Positions 1-9,179 of a DNA stretch of 14,764 nt are shown in pieces; positions within the stretch are counted from its first letter, which is position 1; each line of letters begins with the position of its first letter. Under the pieces are notes generated by a model, which saw nothing but the letters and a program-made list of their open reading frames with translations, ran no database searches and had not been told where the DNA came from. A program made the position numbers and the translations under genes. Source of the stretch: Methanobacterium sp. (GTDB lineage Archaea > Methanobacteriota > Methanobacteria > Methanobacteriales > Methanobacteriaceae); the NCBI GenBank assembly GCA_003166335.1, contig PMWA01000087.1:14730-29493 (forward strand). Reading direction: 5' to 3'.

Positions 1-499
1 ATCAGTGGACACTGTCATCTCTATAAATCCCTATACAGAATTCAGTAAAACCATGGTTTTCGGTGAAATAGCTTATGATCTAGAGCGCATAGCAGATCAC
101 ACCTCCCAAATCGCTAACTTTGTTTTAAGCGGATGCTACGAAGTCGATCAAGAAATGCAGAAAACACTTGAAAACATGTTCAAAACATCCCGTAAAATGG
201 TAAAATATAGTATGAAAGCGTTTTTAAACGAAGAATTAGATTTAAAGGATAAAATTATGGATTATGAAGAAAAAATTCATGAATTACAGAAGAAGGCTCT
301 AAATAACATCGCCACTCAAATGGCTGAGGATGATATCATGGACAAAGACCGTTCAACATATTACCTCTCATTATCAAGAGTAGTTAAAGCCTTTGAAAGA
401 ATCGGAGATATATCAGTGGAAATAGTGGGCACCGCAGGAGAATTTTATCGAAACATCCCCAGAACCACCACTCCAGAGCGTTTCAGACGAAAAATCTAA
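1..499 (+). CDS. PhoU-family phosphate uptake regulator, C-terminal part (probably 5' truncated by window edge)
   Basis: Two PhoU-type helical motifs, 'YDLERIADH' and 'AFERIGD', separated by 'AFLNEELDL...DYEEKIHEL'; frame is open from the window edge; lies next to the pst operon. Confidence 0.85.
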   Translation, partial: SVDTVISINPYTEFSKTMVFGEIAYDLERIADHTSQIANFVLSGCYEVDQEMQKTLENMFKTSRKMVKYSMKAFLNEELDLKDKIMDYEEKIHELQKKALNNIATQMAEDDIMDKDRSTYYLSLSRVVKAFERIGDISVEIVGTAGEFYRNIPRTTTPERFRRKI

Positions 500-636
500 A
501 AATTGTATCAAAATCGAGGTTTTGGGATATTGAGTTATACAAACCCTTAAATGTTTTTGCATGTCCGTCAATTATATAATATTATTAGAATTTCTATAAA
601 CATTTATTTTTTTTTATCTCAGCAGAATAAGGCAGT

Positions 637-1464
637 TTATTCATTAATAGGATTGAAGTTGATGTAAGGTGAATTTAAGTCTTCAACTATATCTTCCAAA
701 TCAAAAATCTTCCGGAATGGAGTTTCATTAGTTTTTTCTTCATCAACATGTGCTAGAATACCGGGTATCCGTCCTATTATAAATAATCCGCATCCAACCC
801 TCCAACTGAATCCTATATCTGATAGTATTGCAGCATTTGCCCCATCTATGTTCATTTTGATCCCTTTCCTCTCAAACATAAGATTCTGCATGGTCAAAAC
901 TAGTTCACTATGTTTTCCAAAGCAATTGTATTCTTTTGAAAGTTCCATAAGTCTAGGTGCCCGGGGATCTTCTTTATGGTATCGATGACCAAATCCGGGT
1001 ACTTTTTTATTGTTATCTAAGAAGGAGTTGATTAATTTATCTGCTAAATCCTCTATAGGGATTTCAGAATTCTCTTTTAATTTCTTGCCTTCTTGTAACA
1101 TTTTCATGGCAATTTCTATAGCTCCAGCATGGTTTTCACCGAAAGCGAGTATTCCACCTGCTAAACATGCGTTTACGGGGGATCCTGCTGAAGCCATGAG
1201 TCGTGCAGCTTGAGTGCTAGGTGGTGTCACTCCATGGTCGCAGAATGATATCAGAACGGCTTGCAGCATTCTTACCTGATCTTGGGAAGGTAACTCACCT
1301 TTAATGAGTAAGTATATCATTTCAGGAAAGGATATAGTACCCATTAAATCTTCTTGTGGATAACCCCTGGTGATGAGTCGATTGGGCTCCACTTTGGTTA
1401 TGGATGTTTTCCACTTGGGATTTTTGGGTTGAAATATACCCTTTAATACTTCCTCGGTTATCAT
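637..1464 (-). CDS. Citrate synthase-family protein / citryl-CoA lyase-like
   Basis: Motifs 'WKTSITKV', 'DHGVTPPS', 'HAGA', 'VPGFGHRYH..DPR', 'NIDG'. Start placed at ATG 1464 (MITEEV) rather than 1506, judged from typical family length; the start is uncertain. Confidence 0.85.
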   Translation of the reverse strand: MITEEVLKGIFQPKNPKWKTSITKVEPNRLITRGYPQEDLMGTISFPEMIYLLIKGELPSQDQVRMLQAVLISFCDHGVTPPSTQAARLMASAGSPVNACLAGGILAFGENHAGAIEIAMKMLQEGKKLKENSEIPIEDLADKLINSFLDNNKKVPGFGHRYHKEDPRAPRLMELSKEYNCFGKHSELVLTMQNLMFERKGIKMNIDGANAAILSDIGFSWRVGCGLFIIGRIPGILAHVDEEKTNETPFRKIFDLEDIVEDLNSPYINFNPINE

Positions 1465-1586
1465 ATTACCATTCTTTCCAAACTGATAATATTTAAATTT
1501 AACCATTTAGCAGAATATAGATCATAAAATAGGATCTTACTTTAAATAATTTTTTTTTGGTAAATGAAAATTATAATTTATATCAC

Positions 1587-1628
1587 ATTTAGTGTTGTTA
1601 TATACACTAAATAGTAACACTTATATAT
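1587..1628 (+). promoter_or_regulatory. pstS promoter: 9-bp inverted repeat followed by BRE/TATA-like element
   Basis: ATTTAGTGT-N8-ACACTAAAT at 1587-1612; TTATATAT at 1621-1628; RBS GAGGTGAT at 1651-1658 before ATG 1662. Confidence 0.55.
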
Positions 1629-1661
1629 CGATGAAAGTTTAGTAAAGCGTGAGGTGATTTA

Positions 1662-2507
1662 ATGGACTTTAAATTAAGTTATATAATAGGCATAATAGTC
1701 GTGATAGTAGTAATAATAGTGGCTGCTGCTGCATATGCAGGTGTATTCACCAAACCGTCAAAAATAACAATAGCTGGTTCAACATCAGTACAACCAGTAA
1801 TTACAACCTTAGCTGCACAGTACCATAAGGAAAATCCCAAAGTTAATATAACTGTATCAGGTGGAGGTTCAGCTGTAGGTTTAACAGATGTTCAACAAGG
1901 TACAGCTAACATAGGAACCTATTCTTCAAAATTGTCAAACTCCACAGCGAATGCAAATTACACCGGACCACCAATAACCCAGTACCAAATTGCTAACGAT
2001 GGTATAGTAATCGTAGTAAATCCATCAAATAACGTTAGTGCTCTAAATTCAAGTCAAATAGCAGCTATTTTCGCTGGAAATATCACCACCTGGAATGAAG
2101 TTGGTGGAAACAGCTCAAAAATTGATGTATACACAAGAGAAGCAGGTTCTGGTACCAGAAGTGCATTCACAAGTTTAATAATGAATGGCGGTAACATTAC
2201 TAGTAGTGCTGTAGTTCAGAGTTCCAGTAACGCTATTTTCCAAGCAGTTGCGGGTGATCCTAATGGAATAGGCTATGATTCTTTAGCATCTTTAACTAGT
2301 ATTGTAAAAGCATTACAAGTCAACGGAGTAGCTCCTTCACAGGCGACAGTTGCAAGTGGTGCATATACCACTCAAAGACCATTCTTGTTATTAACTAAAG
2401 GCAATGCAACAGGTCAGACACAAGCATTCATTAACTGGATTTTAAGCCCTGAAGGACAGAAAATAATCCAACAAAGCGGAGCAGTGCCTGTAGGCCCTAC
2501 TTCATAA
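1662..2507 (+). CDS. pstS: Phosphate ABC transporter substrate-binding protein
   Basis: N-terminal hydrophobic anchor; 'IAGSTSVQP', 'GGGS..G', 'DGIVIVVNP', 'REAGSGTR', 'RPFLLLT'; upstream of pstCAB. Confidence 0.95.
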   Translation: MDFKLSYIIGIIVVIVVIIVAAAAYAGVFTKPSKITIAGSTSVQPVITTLAAQYHKENPKVNITVSGGGSAVGLTDVQQGTANIGTYSSKLSNSTANANYTGPPITQYQIANDGIVIVVNPSNNVSALNSSQIAAIFAGNITTWNEVGGNSSKIDVYTREAGSGTRSAFTSLIMNGGNITSSAVVQSSSNAIFQAVAGDPNGIGYDSLASLTSIVKALQVNGVAPSQATVASGAYTTQRPFLLLTKGNATGQTQAFINWILSPEGQKIIQQSGAVPVGPTS

Positions 2508-2549
2508 AACTAGTGAAAAATAAAAAATCTGAAATGAAATACTATATAT

Positions 2550-2583
2550 TAGTGGTTGAAAAACCACTATTCCCATTTTTTTT
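2550..2583 (+). terminator. Hairpin plus T-tract after pstS (terminator/attenuator or mRNA 3' stabiliser)
   Basis: TAGTGGTT-GAAA-AACCACTA (2550-2569, 8-bp perfect stem, GNRA loop) then T8 at 2576-2583. Confidence 0.65.
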
Positions 2584-3001
2584 GGTGAAAAAAAAGTGTA
2601 AACAAACCTGAGGACACTTTTAATAAAAAAACTTTATTTTATATCCTCGATATAGGTCATCTAGGACGTTTAGGTTTGCGTCTAATTCAAATGATATAAA
2701 TAATTGAAGATAAATTGATATGAATACATTCACACGATTACGATGAGTATGAGGGTTCATATACCAGTTAGAACTGGAAATTTTAGTAATCAAGAATTAT
2801 TTAGAACGATAAGGTTAAGACATTTCATAACATAGAAAATAGAAATCTGTTCCACCCTATAATACTCATTTTTTACATTTACCTTAACTATCCTATGTTA
2901 TCCATGCCTAGAATTTAAATCTAAAAGTAAAAGATTAATAGGATAATAACTATCTTAATTCTAGAATTAAACTTAAAGAAATTAATTGAGAGGCAGCTAT
3001 C

Positions 3002-3877
3002 ATGGCAAGGAATTGGGAAGAATTTTTTATAGAAAAAATATTATTAATAGCAGCAATTTCATCAATCATTATAATAATCGCTATTATAGGCTTCGTCGTT
3101 GGCCAAGGTTACACCGCATTGGGAACTATTGGAATTTTAAACTTCATTTTTGGGCTGATTTGGAATCCTGAATATGGTCTTTACGGTATCTTTCCTTTAA
3201 TTATAGGTACATTGAGTGTAGTGGCTGTTTCATTATTATTCGCTGTCCCTTTATCTATTTTAGGGGCTATGTTCCTAGCGGAAGTAGCACCAAGAACCAT
3301 GAGAAGAATTTTAAGACCAACTATTCAAACATTAGCAGGTGTCCCATCCGTAATTTACGGATTTTTCGGTTTAATTGTTCTTGTACCATTTATGAGAACA
3401 CATTTCGGAGGCAGTGGTTTCAGCATTCTAACAGCATCTTTAATTTTAACTGTTATGGTCCTTCCTACTATATTAAGCATATCCGAGGATGCTTTGAGAT
3501 CCATTCCAGTAGAGTATAAGGAAGCATCACTAGGTTTGGGAGCAACACACTGGCAAACAATTAAAAATGTAATTTTCCCCGCAGCGATACCTGGTGTTAT
3601 AACTGGTGTTATTTTAGGTATGGGTCGAGCTATAGGCGAAACCATGGCTGTGCTTATGGTTGCGGGAAATGTGCCACTAATTCCTACTTCAATACTTTCA
3701 CCTGTAAGAACACTTACAGCCAATATAGCTCTTGAAATGGGGGAAGCTACGGGACTCCATTATAATGCACTATTTGCCACAGGAATAGTGTTATTAGGAA
3801 TCATTATCATCCTTCTTTTAATTGTTAATTGGGTTAATTATAGACAGAGAGTCACTATTGGAGGAGGGTATTTATGA
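3002..3877 (+). CDS. pstC: Phosphate ABC transporter permease PstC
   Basis: Multi-pass hydrophobic protein with '[13 protein letters not shown]', EAA loop '[13 protein letters not shown]', '[10 protein letters not shown]'. Confidence 0.96.
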   Translation: MARNWEEFFIEKILLIAAISSIIIIIAIIGFVVGQGYTALGTIGILNFIFGLIWNPEYGLYGIFPLIIGTLSVVAVSLLFAVPLSILGAMFLAEVAPRTMRRILRPTIQTLAGVPSVIYGFFGLIVLVPFMRTHFGGSGFSILTASLILTVMVLPTILSISEDALRSIPVEYKEASLGLGATHWQTIKNVIFPAAIPGVITGVILGMGRAIGETMAVLMVAGNVPLIPTSILSPVRTLTANIALEMGEATGLHYNALFATGIVLLGIIIILLLIVNWVNYRQRVTIGGGYL

Positions 3878-3922
3878 ATTTTATCTGGAGATTTAAAAAG
3901 GATTTTTATGGGGTGATTTGCC

Positions 3923-4771
3923 ATGAATAGGATGATACCTCCAAAATATGCTCAAAAAATTATGAACGTCGTATTTTGGGCAGTTGGAATTCTAGCTATA
4001 GCCATACTTGTTATGGTTATTGGTTATTTACTATATGTGGGATTACCTCAAGTTAATTTAACTTTTTTATTCTCAGATCCAATTGATAATGGAGCAGCTG
4101 GTGGTATTTGGCCAAGTATAGTCTCTACATTTTATATAACCATAGTTGCCTTAGTGGTTGCTGCACCTCTAGGTGTATTAGCTGCAGTTTACCTAGCTGA
4201 ATATTCAGGAGAGAACACATTTGTTAAAACTATAAGATTCGCAACGGAAACTCTGGCCTCTGTACCTTCTATCGTTTTTGGTTTATTTGGATTAGCTTTC
4301 TTCGTAGTATATTTACAAATGGGATTTTGTATTTTAGCAGGCGGTCTCACATTGGCTCTTATGGCTATACCCACCATATTAAGGACTTCTGAAGTCGCAA
4401 TTGAAACTGTGCCACAGTCATATAAAGAAGGCAGTATGGCATTGGGATCTTCAAAGTGGCAAACCGTAATTAGAGTAGTGATTCCCGCTGCGATCGGGGG
4501 AATTACTACTGGAATTATTTTGGGAATGGCTAGAGCCATTGAAGAAACTGCAGCTATTTTGTACACTGTAGGTGCAACTACGACTGTTCCAGTTTCTCTA
4601 TTTGACGGGGGTGACCCTCTTCCTTTACATTTATACACACTAGCAACTGAAGGTATATCACTACCAAACGCATACGGTACTGCGGCTGTTTTGGTGATTT
4701 TAATTCTTGTGATAACTTTTTCAACTAATTATTTGGTGGAAAGATACACTAAAAAGATGATGGGTAGGTAA
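3923..4771 (+). CDS. pstA: Phosphate ABC transporter permease PstA
   Basis: 'AAVYLAEY', '[13 protein letters not shown]', '[13 protein letters not shown]', 'ETAA'; RBS GGGGTGAT at 3910-3917. Confidence 0.96.
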   Translation: MNRMIPPKYAQKIMNVVFWAVGILAIAILVMVIGYLLYVGLPQVNLTFLFSDPIDNGAAGGIWPSIVSTFYITIVALVVAAPLGVLAAVYLAEYSGENTFVKTIRFATETLASVPSIVFGLFGLAFFVVYLQMGFCILAGGLTLALMAIPTILRTSEVAIETVPQSYKEGSMALGSSKWQTVIRVVIPAAIGGITTGIILGMARAIEETAAILYTVGATTTVPVSLFDGGDPLPLHLYTLATEGISLPNAYGTAAVLVILILVITFSTNYLVERYTKKMMGR

Positions 4772-4774
4772 AAA

Positions 4775-5530
4775 ATGGAAAATATAATGCAAATTAAAGA
4801 TTTAAAAACATATTTTGATAATACAAATGTTCTGAAGGGTGTAACTATTGATATACCTAAACATGAAGTGACATCTATAATAGGACCATCTGGAACTGGT
4901 AAATCAGTATTTTTAAGGACTTTGAATCGGATGAACGATGTTATTTCTACTTTTAGAAAAGAAGGTACTATCTTATTGGATGGTGAAGACATTTATGACT
5001 CCAAAGTTGATGTAGTAGACATACGTAAAAGGGTGGGAATGGTTTTCCAAAAACCTAATCCCTTCCCTAAATCTATATTTGAGAATGTAGCTTATGGTAT
5101 GCGTGTTCATGGTGCATATAAAAAGGCTCAGCTCCAAGAAGTAGTTGAAAGTAGCCTGAAAAATGCGGCATTATGGGATGAAGTTAAAGATGACCTTGAT
5201 AAATCTGCTATGAGCCTTTCCGGTGGACAGCAACAAAGATTATGTATAGCTCGAACTATCGCGGTAGAACCTGAAGTTATACTTATGGATGAGCCTTGTT
5301 CTTCTTTGGATCCAATATCCACCACTAAGATAGAGGATTTAATACATAAACTAAAAAATGATTTCACCATAATTATTGTGACGCATAATATGCAGCAGGC
5401 TACTCGTGTTTCTAAATACACGGCATTCTTTTTAAATGGTACAATAGTGGAGAAGGGTCTTACTGATAAAATATTCATAGAACCTGAAGATAAACGTACA
5501 GAAGATTATATTACTGGTAGATTCGGATGA
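4775..5530 (+). CDS. pstB: Phosphate ABC transporter ATP-binding protein
   Basis: Walker A GPSGTGKS, '[15 protein letters not shown]', signature LSGGQQQRL, Walker B 'ILMDEP', C-terminal '[10 protein letters not shown]'. Confidence 0.98.
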   Translation: MENIMQIKDLKTYFDNTNVLKGVTIDIPKHEVTSIIGPSGTGKSVFLRTLNRMNDVISTFRKEGTILLDGEDIYDSKVDVVDIRKRVGMVFQKPNPFPKSIFENVAYGMRVHGAYKKAQLQEVVESSLKNAALWDEVKDDLDKSAMSLSGGQQQRLCIARTIAVEPEVILMDEPCSSLDPISTTKIEDLIHKLKNDFTIIIVTHNMQQATRVSKYTAFFLNGTIVEKGLTDKIFIEPEDKRTEDYITGRFG

Positions 5531-5683
5531 ATTTGTAAATCTTCAAAATATTTTTTTTTATGGGGGCGGTTTCAATTAGATTTAACTTAGTTTTGGAGGG
5601 TAAATTAAGGTCTTTAGGGGATGATCTTCTATTTACAAAACCACAATAATTGATGATTATAAAAAATAGATGGAGGATAAAAA

Positions 5684-6343
5684 ATGGCTAAAAAACACCC
5701 AAGGACGTCGTTTAATGAAAGATTGAATGAATTAAAGGATGATATGGGAGATATGGGAGATAGTACTCTGATAGCATATAAAGATGCTATAAGTACCCTT
5801 TTTAATTATGATGAAGAACTGGTGAAGAAAGTTACAGAAACCGGTGAAAAGATTAATAAAATGAGTTATTTATTGGAAAATAAATCTATGAGTACCATAG
5901 CTGCTGAACAACCAGTAGCAAAAGATTTAAGATTCATTGAATCATCTTTAAAAGTAGAAAGTCATCTAAAAAGGATAGGTAATCTAGCAGTTAACATAGT
6001 TGAGGTGGCTCGGCATCTTAAGGATGAAGATGTTCCAGAAAAACCAATGAATGATATTAAAAAAATGGCTTACTTAGTAGAGAAAATGGTAAGTAAAAGT
6101 CTGGACTCTTTTTTAAATGAGAATATGGATCTCTCAAGGGAACTGCATCAGGAGGATGATGAAATAGATGATTTATTTGATAAAGCATTAAAGGATATTA
6201 CCCAAACCATGTTCGAGGATAAAGACGCTATAAATTACATGGTATATTTAATATTCCTTGCCAGGTTTCTGGAGCGAATCGCTGATCGGGCTGAAAGTAT
6301 TGGAGACAGAACCATCTTCATGATTACCTGTGAAAAACCTTAA
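5684..6343 (+). CDS. phoU: Phosphate signalling protein PhoU
   Basis: 'QPVAKDLR', 'LKRIGN', 'DDEIDDLF', '[15 protein letters not shown]'; RBS GGAGGA at 5672-5677; follows pstB. Confidence 0.95.
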   Translation: MAKKHPRTSFNERLNELKDDMGDMGDSTLIAYKDAISTLFNYDEELVKKVTETGEKINKMSYLLENKSMSTIAAEQPVAKDLRFIESSLKVESHLKRIGNLAVNIVEVARHLKDEDVPEKPMNDIKKMAYLVEKMVSKSLDSFLNENMDLSRELHQEDDEIDDLFDKALKDITQTMFEDKDAINYMVYLIFLARFLERIADRAESIGDRTIFMITCEKP

Positions 6344-6351
6344 ATAGCGAA

Positions 6352-6376
6352 TTTTTATTTTTTTTTAGATTTTTTG
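6352..6376 (+). terminator. Oligo-T terminator region between convergent phoU and fumarate hydratase genes
   Basis: T5, T10 and T7 runs immediately after the phoU stop, typical of archaeal intrinsic termination. Confidence 0.5.
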
Positions 6377-6438
6377 AAAAAATTTGATTTGAAAATAAGT
6401 TCATTAAAATGACTGAATTTTGATAAATAATATGATTT

Positions 6439-7284
6439 TTATGGTTTTAAAACAGCACTTATGTGTCTGCTGGCCCAGCATTGGATATAAACACCAATAG
6501 GAAGCCCCGCAGTATGTGTATCTGCTAACTCAATTTTAACGTCGAGAGCTGTAGTTTTACCACCCAATCCCATAGGACCGATGCCTGTAGCGTTTATAAG
6601 ATTTAAAATTTCAATTTCAAGCATAGCAATCCTCTCTTCAGAGGATGGCATTCCAATATTCCTGAGTAAAGCCTTTTTAGCTAGCTTCATGGCTAAATCA
6701 GATGTTCCACCAATGCCTACACCAACAATAATAGGAGGGCATGGTTTACCTCCTGCAGCAATCACCGTATCTAAGACGAATTTTTTAACACCTTCAACAC
6801 CATCACCAGGTAATGCCATTTTCAAGGCATTGTTATTCTCAGAACCAAAACCTTTCGGAAGAACTGTTAGTTCAATATTCACGTCATCTATTAGATCAAT
6901 ATTTACTTGGGGAATATTTTTGCCAGTATTTGTACCTGTATTCTCACGTGTTAGGGGATCAACTACATTAGGACGTAGAGGTATCTCCTTAGTAGCTTGC
7001 TCTACACCTTTTTTTATGCCATCATAAAGATTTTCAACTTCAACTTTACCTAGCTTCACAAAGATGATCGGTAGACCAGTATCTTGACACATGGGAATCT
7101 GGAGTTTCTCAGCAATTTTTATATTATCTAGTATGGCTTTAAGGTTAGCTCTAGCTATTTCTTCATCCTCTTTTTCATAAGCTTTCAACAAAGCTTTTTT
7201 TACATCGGAAGGCAGCTCTATCACAGCTTGCTTAAATAAATGACATACTGTTTCCTCAATCTGTTTTTGAGTTATCATTGGCAT
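6439..7284 (-). CDS. Class I Fe-S fumarate hydratase (tartrate/fumarate hydro-lyase family), alpha subunit
   Basis: 'PMCQDTG', 'KGFGSEN', 'KPCPP', 'GIGPMGLGG', 'HTAGLP', 'QCWA'. Start may be ATG 7278. Confidence 0.92.
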   Translation of the reverse strand: MPMITQKQIEETVCHLFKQAVIELPSDVKKALLKAYEKEDEEIARANLKAILDNIKIAEKLQIPMCQDTGLPIIFVKLGKVEVENLYDGIKKGVEQATKEIPLRPNVVDPLTRENTGTNTGKNIPQVNIDLIDDVNIELTVLPKGFGSENNNALKMALPGDGVEGVKKFVLDTVIAAGGKPCPPIIVGVGIGGTSDLAMKLAKKALLRNIGMPSSEERIAMLEIEILNLINATGIGPMGLGGKTTALDVKIELADTHTAGLPIGVYIQCWASRHISAVLKP

Positions 7285-7358
7285 AAACGTATTATCTATA
7301 AAGCTTCACATAAAAAAACTTACAGAAAAAATAAAAGTAGAATTATAAAAAAAGAAGT

Positions 7359-7790
7359 TTAATATTTCATTATTATCTTAATTCTTTCAAGCTCTTTAGC
7401 TAATTTATTTCTTTTATCTGATAATAGATCTTCAGAATCCATCTTAAGGGCCTCAGTAGGACAAGCAACCACGCATCTTGGCTTTTCTTGATCAATGCAC
7501 AGATTACATTTTTTAGCTATACCAGATTCATTTAAATGAATGGCTCCCACTGGACAAGCATTCCGGCATAAACCACAACCTATACAATCATCTTCATTTA
7601 TGATAATGGCACCATCAACTTCTTCTATAGCATCTTCAGGACAAACAGTGAGACAAGGAGCTCTATCGGGAGAGCAATGCAGACAAAAAACAGGTACCCC
7701 ATTTATCACTCGAATAGCATTTTGAGGACAGATTCTCTCACATTTAGAACATTCCTCGCAAAGTTCTGGTCTTGCAACCAATTCATTCAT
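7359..7790 (-). CDS. porF: 4Fe-4S polyferredoxin-like subunit of the por operon (PorF-like)
   Basis: CxxCxxCxxxCP motifs plus split CxxC...CxxxCP motifs; last gene of the por cluster. Confidence 0.8.
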   Translation of the reverse strand: MNELVARPELCEECSKCERICPQNAIRVINGVPVFCLHCSPDRAPCLTVCPEDAIEEVDGAIIINEDDCIGCGLCRNACPVGAIHLNESGIAKKCNLCIDQEKPRCVVACPTEALKMDSEDLLSDKRNKLAKELERIKIIMKY

Positions 7791-7794
7791 ACTA

Positions 7795-8295
7795 TTACTC
7801 CTCCCTATGCAGGGCTTTCTTGGCTCTAGTGTTAGCAGTTAAAACATTGATAAATTTTGAGCCCTTTTCTCTTTTACCAATACCAGAAAGCTTTCCAATA
7901 TGTTTCATTTGCTTTTCGAACTTCAGTTTTTCAGTATCCACCTTAGCTATACCTCTTTTAGAACAAGCTTTTATACAGACAGGTGTATCAAGATCAGGGC
8001 ACTGATCACATTTGTGGGCTTTCCTCTCATGAATTACGATAGCACCAAAAGGACAGACCATCATGCATAAACCACAGCCGATACACTTCTCCTGTATTAT
8101 TCCATCCTCTTTATTGGCTTCGGTGGGGCATATAAGTTTACAGGGTGCACCTTCACATTGTTGGCATATTATGGGATAGTAAGAGCCTTCCACTTCCCTT
8201 ATCATGATCCCTGATTTGCCGTGCAGTTGGGCGCAGGCTTCTTCACAATCCAGACAGCCGTCACAGAGATCTGGCTGGATGATTATCTTCTCCAA
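7795..8295 (-). CDS. porE: 4Fe-4S polyferredoxin-like subunit of the por operon (PorE-like)
   Basis: Four Cys clusters ([43 protein letters not shown]); TTG start with AGGAG RBS; follows porB. Confidence 0.8.
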   Translation of the reverse strand: MEKIIIQPDLCDGCLDCEEACAQLHGKSGIMIREVEGSYYPIICQQCEGAPCKLICPTEANKEDGIIQEKCIGCGLCMMVCPFGAIVIHERKAHKCDQCPDLDTPVCIKACSKRGIAKVDTEKLKFEKQMKHIGKLSGIGKREKGSKFINVLTANTRAKKALHREE

Positions 8296-8311
8296 GATTA
8301 TTGCACTCCTT

Positions 8312-9178
8312 TTATATTTTTAATTCAGCGCAGATTTCATTCACATAACTTTGAATTCTTCCCTTCTCTTCATCAGCAAGGTGTTTGAACCTTTTTTGAG
8401 CTTCCAAATATTCATTTACAGGTTTTCTTTGAAGTGGCCTATAAGTTACCTTGAATTCACCATTAACAATTTCATAAAGTATCCATGAACCACTGTCAAC
8501 AGCTAATCTTCCAAGTTCTATAGTTTTGGATGAATCAAAACCCCATCCCGTACTACATGGTTGATGCAGATGAATGTAAGCTGGTCCTTCAAGTTCAGAA
8601 GCTTTTTTTACTTTTTTCATGAAATCTTCAGGATAAGATATGGAAGCGGTAGCAACGTAAGGAACACCCTGAGCTGCCATTATCATGGGAATATTTTTCT
8701 TAGGTTTATCTTCACCAAAACTCTCTTTTCCATGTGGTGATGTAGTGGTTGATGCCCCGTATGGTGTGGAACCACTTCTCTGTACACCAGTATTCATGTA
8801 AGCTTCATTATCGTAACATATATAAATTATGTTATGTCCTCGTTCCATAGCACCTGAAAGTGATTGAAGTCCTATATCTGCAGTTCCACCATCACCAGCA
8901 AACACTACAACATTTACATCTTCTTTCCCCTGTGTTTTGAGGGCTCTTTCAACTCCGGAGGCAACTGCACCAGCATTTTCAAATGCTACGTGTATCCATG
9001 GAATTTTCCAGGCGGTTTCAGGATATTGTGATGTAATAACTTCTAAGCATCCTGTTGCAGATACTGCAACGGTATTTTTACCTAGCATTTTAAGTGCAAG
9101 TCTTACTCCGATGGTTGCACCGCATCCTGCACAACCTCTGTGTCCTGGGGCAAGGAATTCTTCTTCAGGTATTTCCAT
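8312..9178 (-). CDS. porB: Pyruvate:ferredoxin oxidoreductase (pyruvate synthase) beta subunit
   Basis: 'GHRGCAGCG', 'TGC', TPP motif 'GDGG...[13 protein letters not shown]'. Start set at ATG 9178 (MEIPEEE), just after the porA stop with a GGAGG RBS, not 9247. Confidence 0.96.
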   Translation of the reverse strand: MEIPEEEFLAPGHRGCAGCGATIGVRLALKMLGKNTVAVSATGCLEVITSQYPETAWKIPWIHVAFENAGAVASGVERALKTQGKEDVNVVVFAGDGGTADIGLQSLSGAMERGHNIIYICYDNEAYMNTGVQRSGSTPYGASTTTSPHGKESFGEDKPKKNIPMIMAAQGVPYVATASISYPEDFMKKVKKASELEGPAYIHLHQPCSTGWGFDSSKTIELGRLAVDSGSWILYEIVNGEFKVTYRPLQRKPVNEYLEAQKRFKHLADEEKGRIQSYVNEICAELKI

Positions 9179-9179
9179 A

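Noticed and set aside
5555..5653. TTTTTATGGGG shared with 3903-3913, and a 10-codon ORF at 5621-5653 in the pstB-phoU spacer
   Set aside because: Low-complexity 11-mer and a tiny ORF without a well-spaced RBS; compatible with chance.
5741..5762. GATATGGGA tandem repeat in phoU
   Set aside because: Only about two in-frame copies encoding DMGDMGD; too short to imply phase variation.
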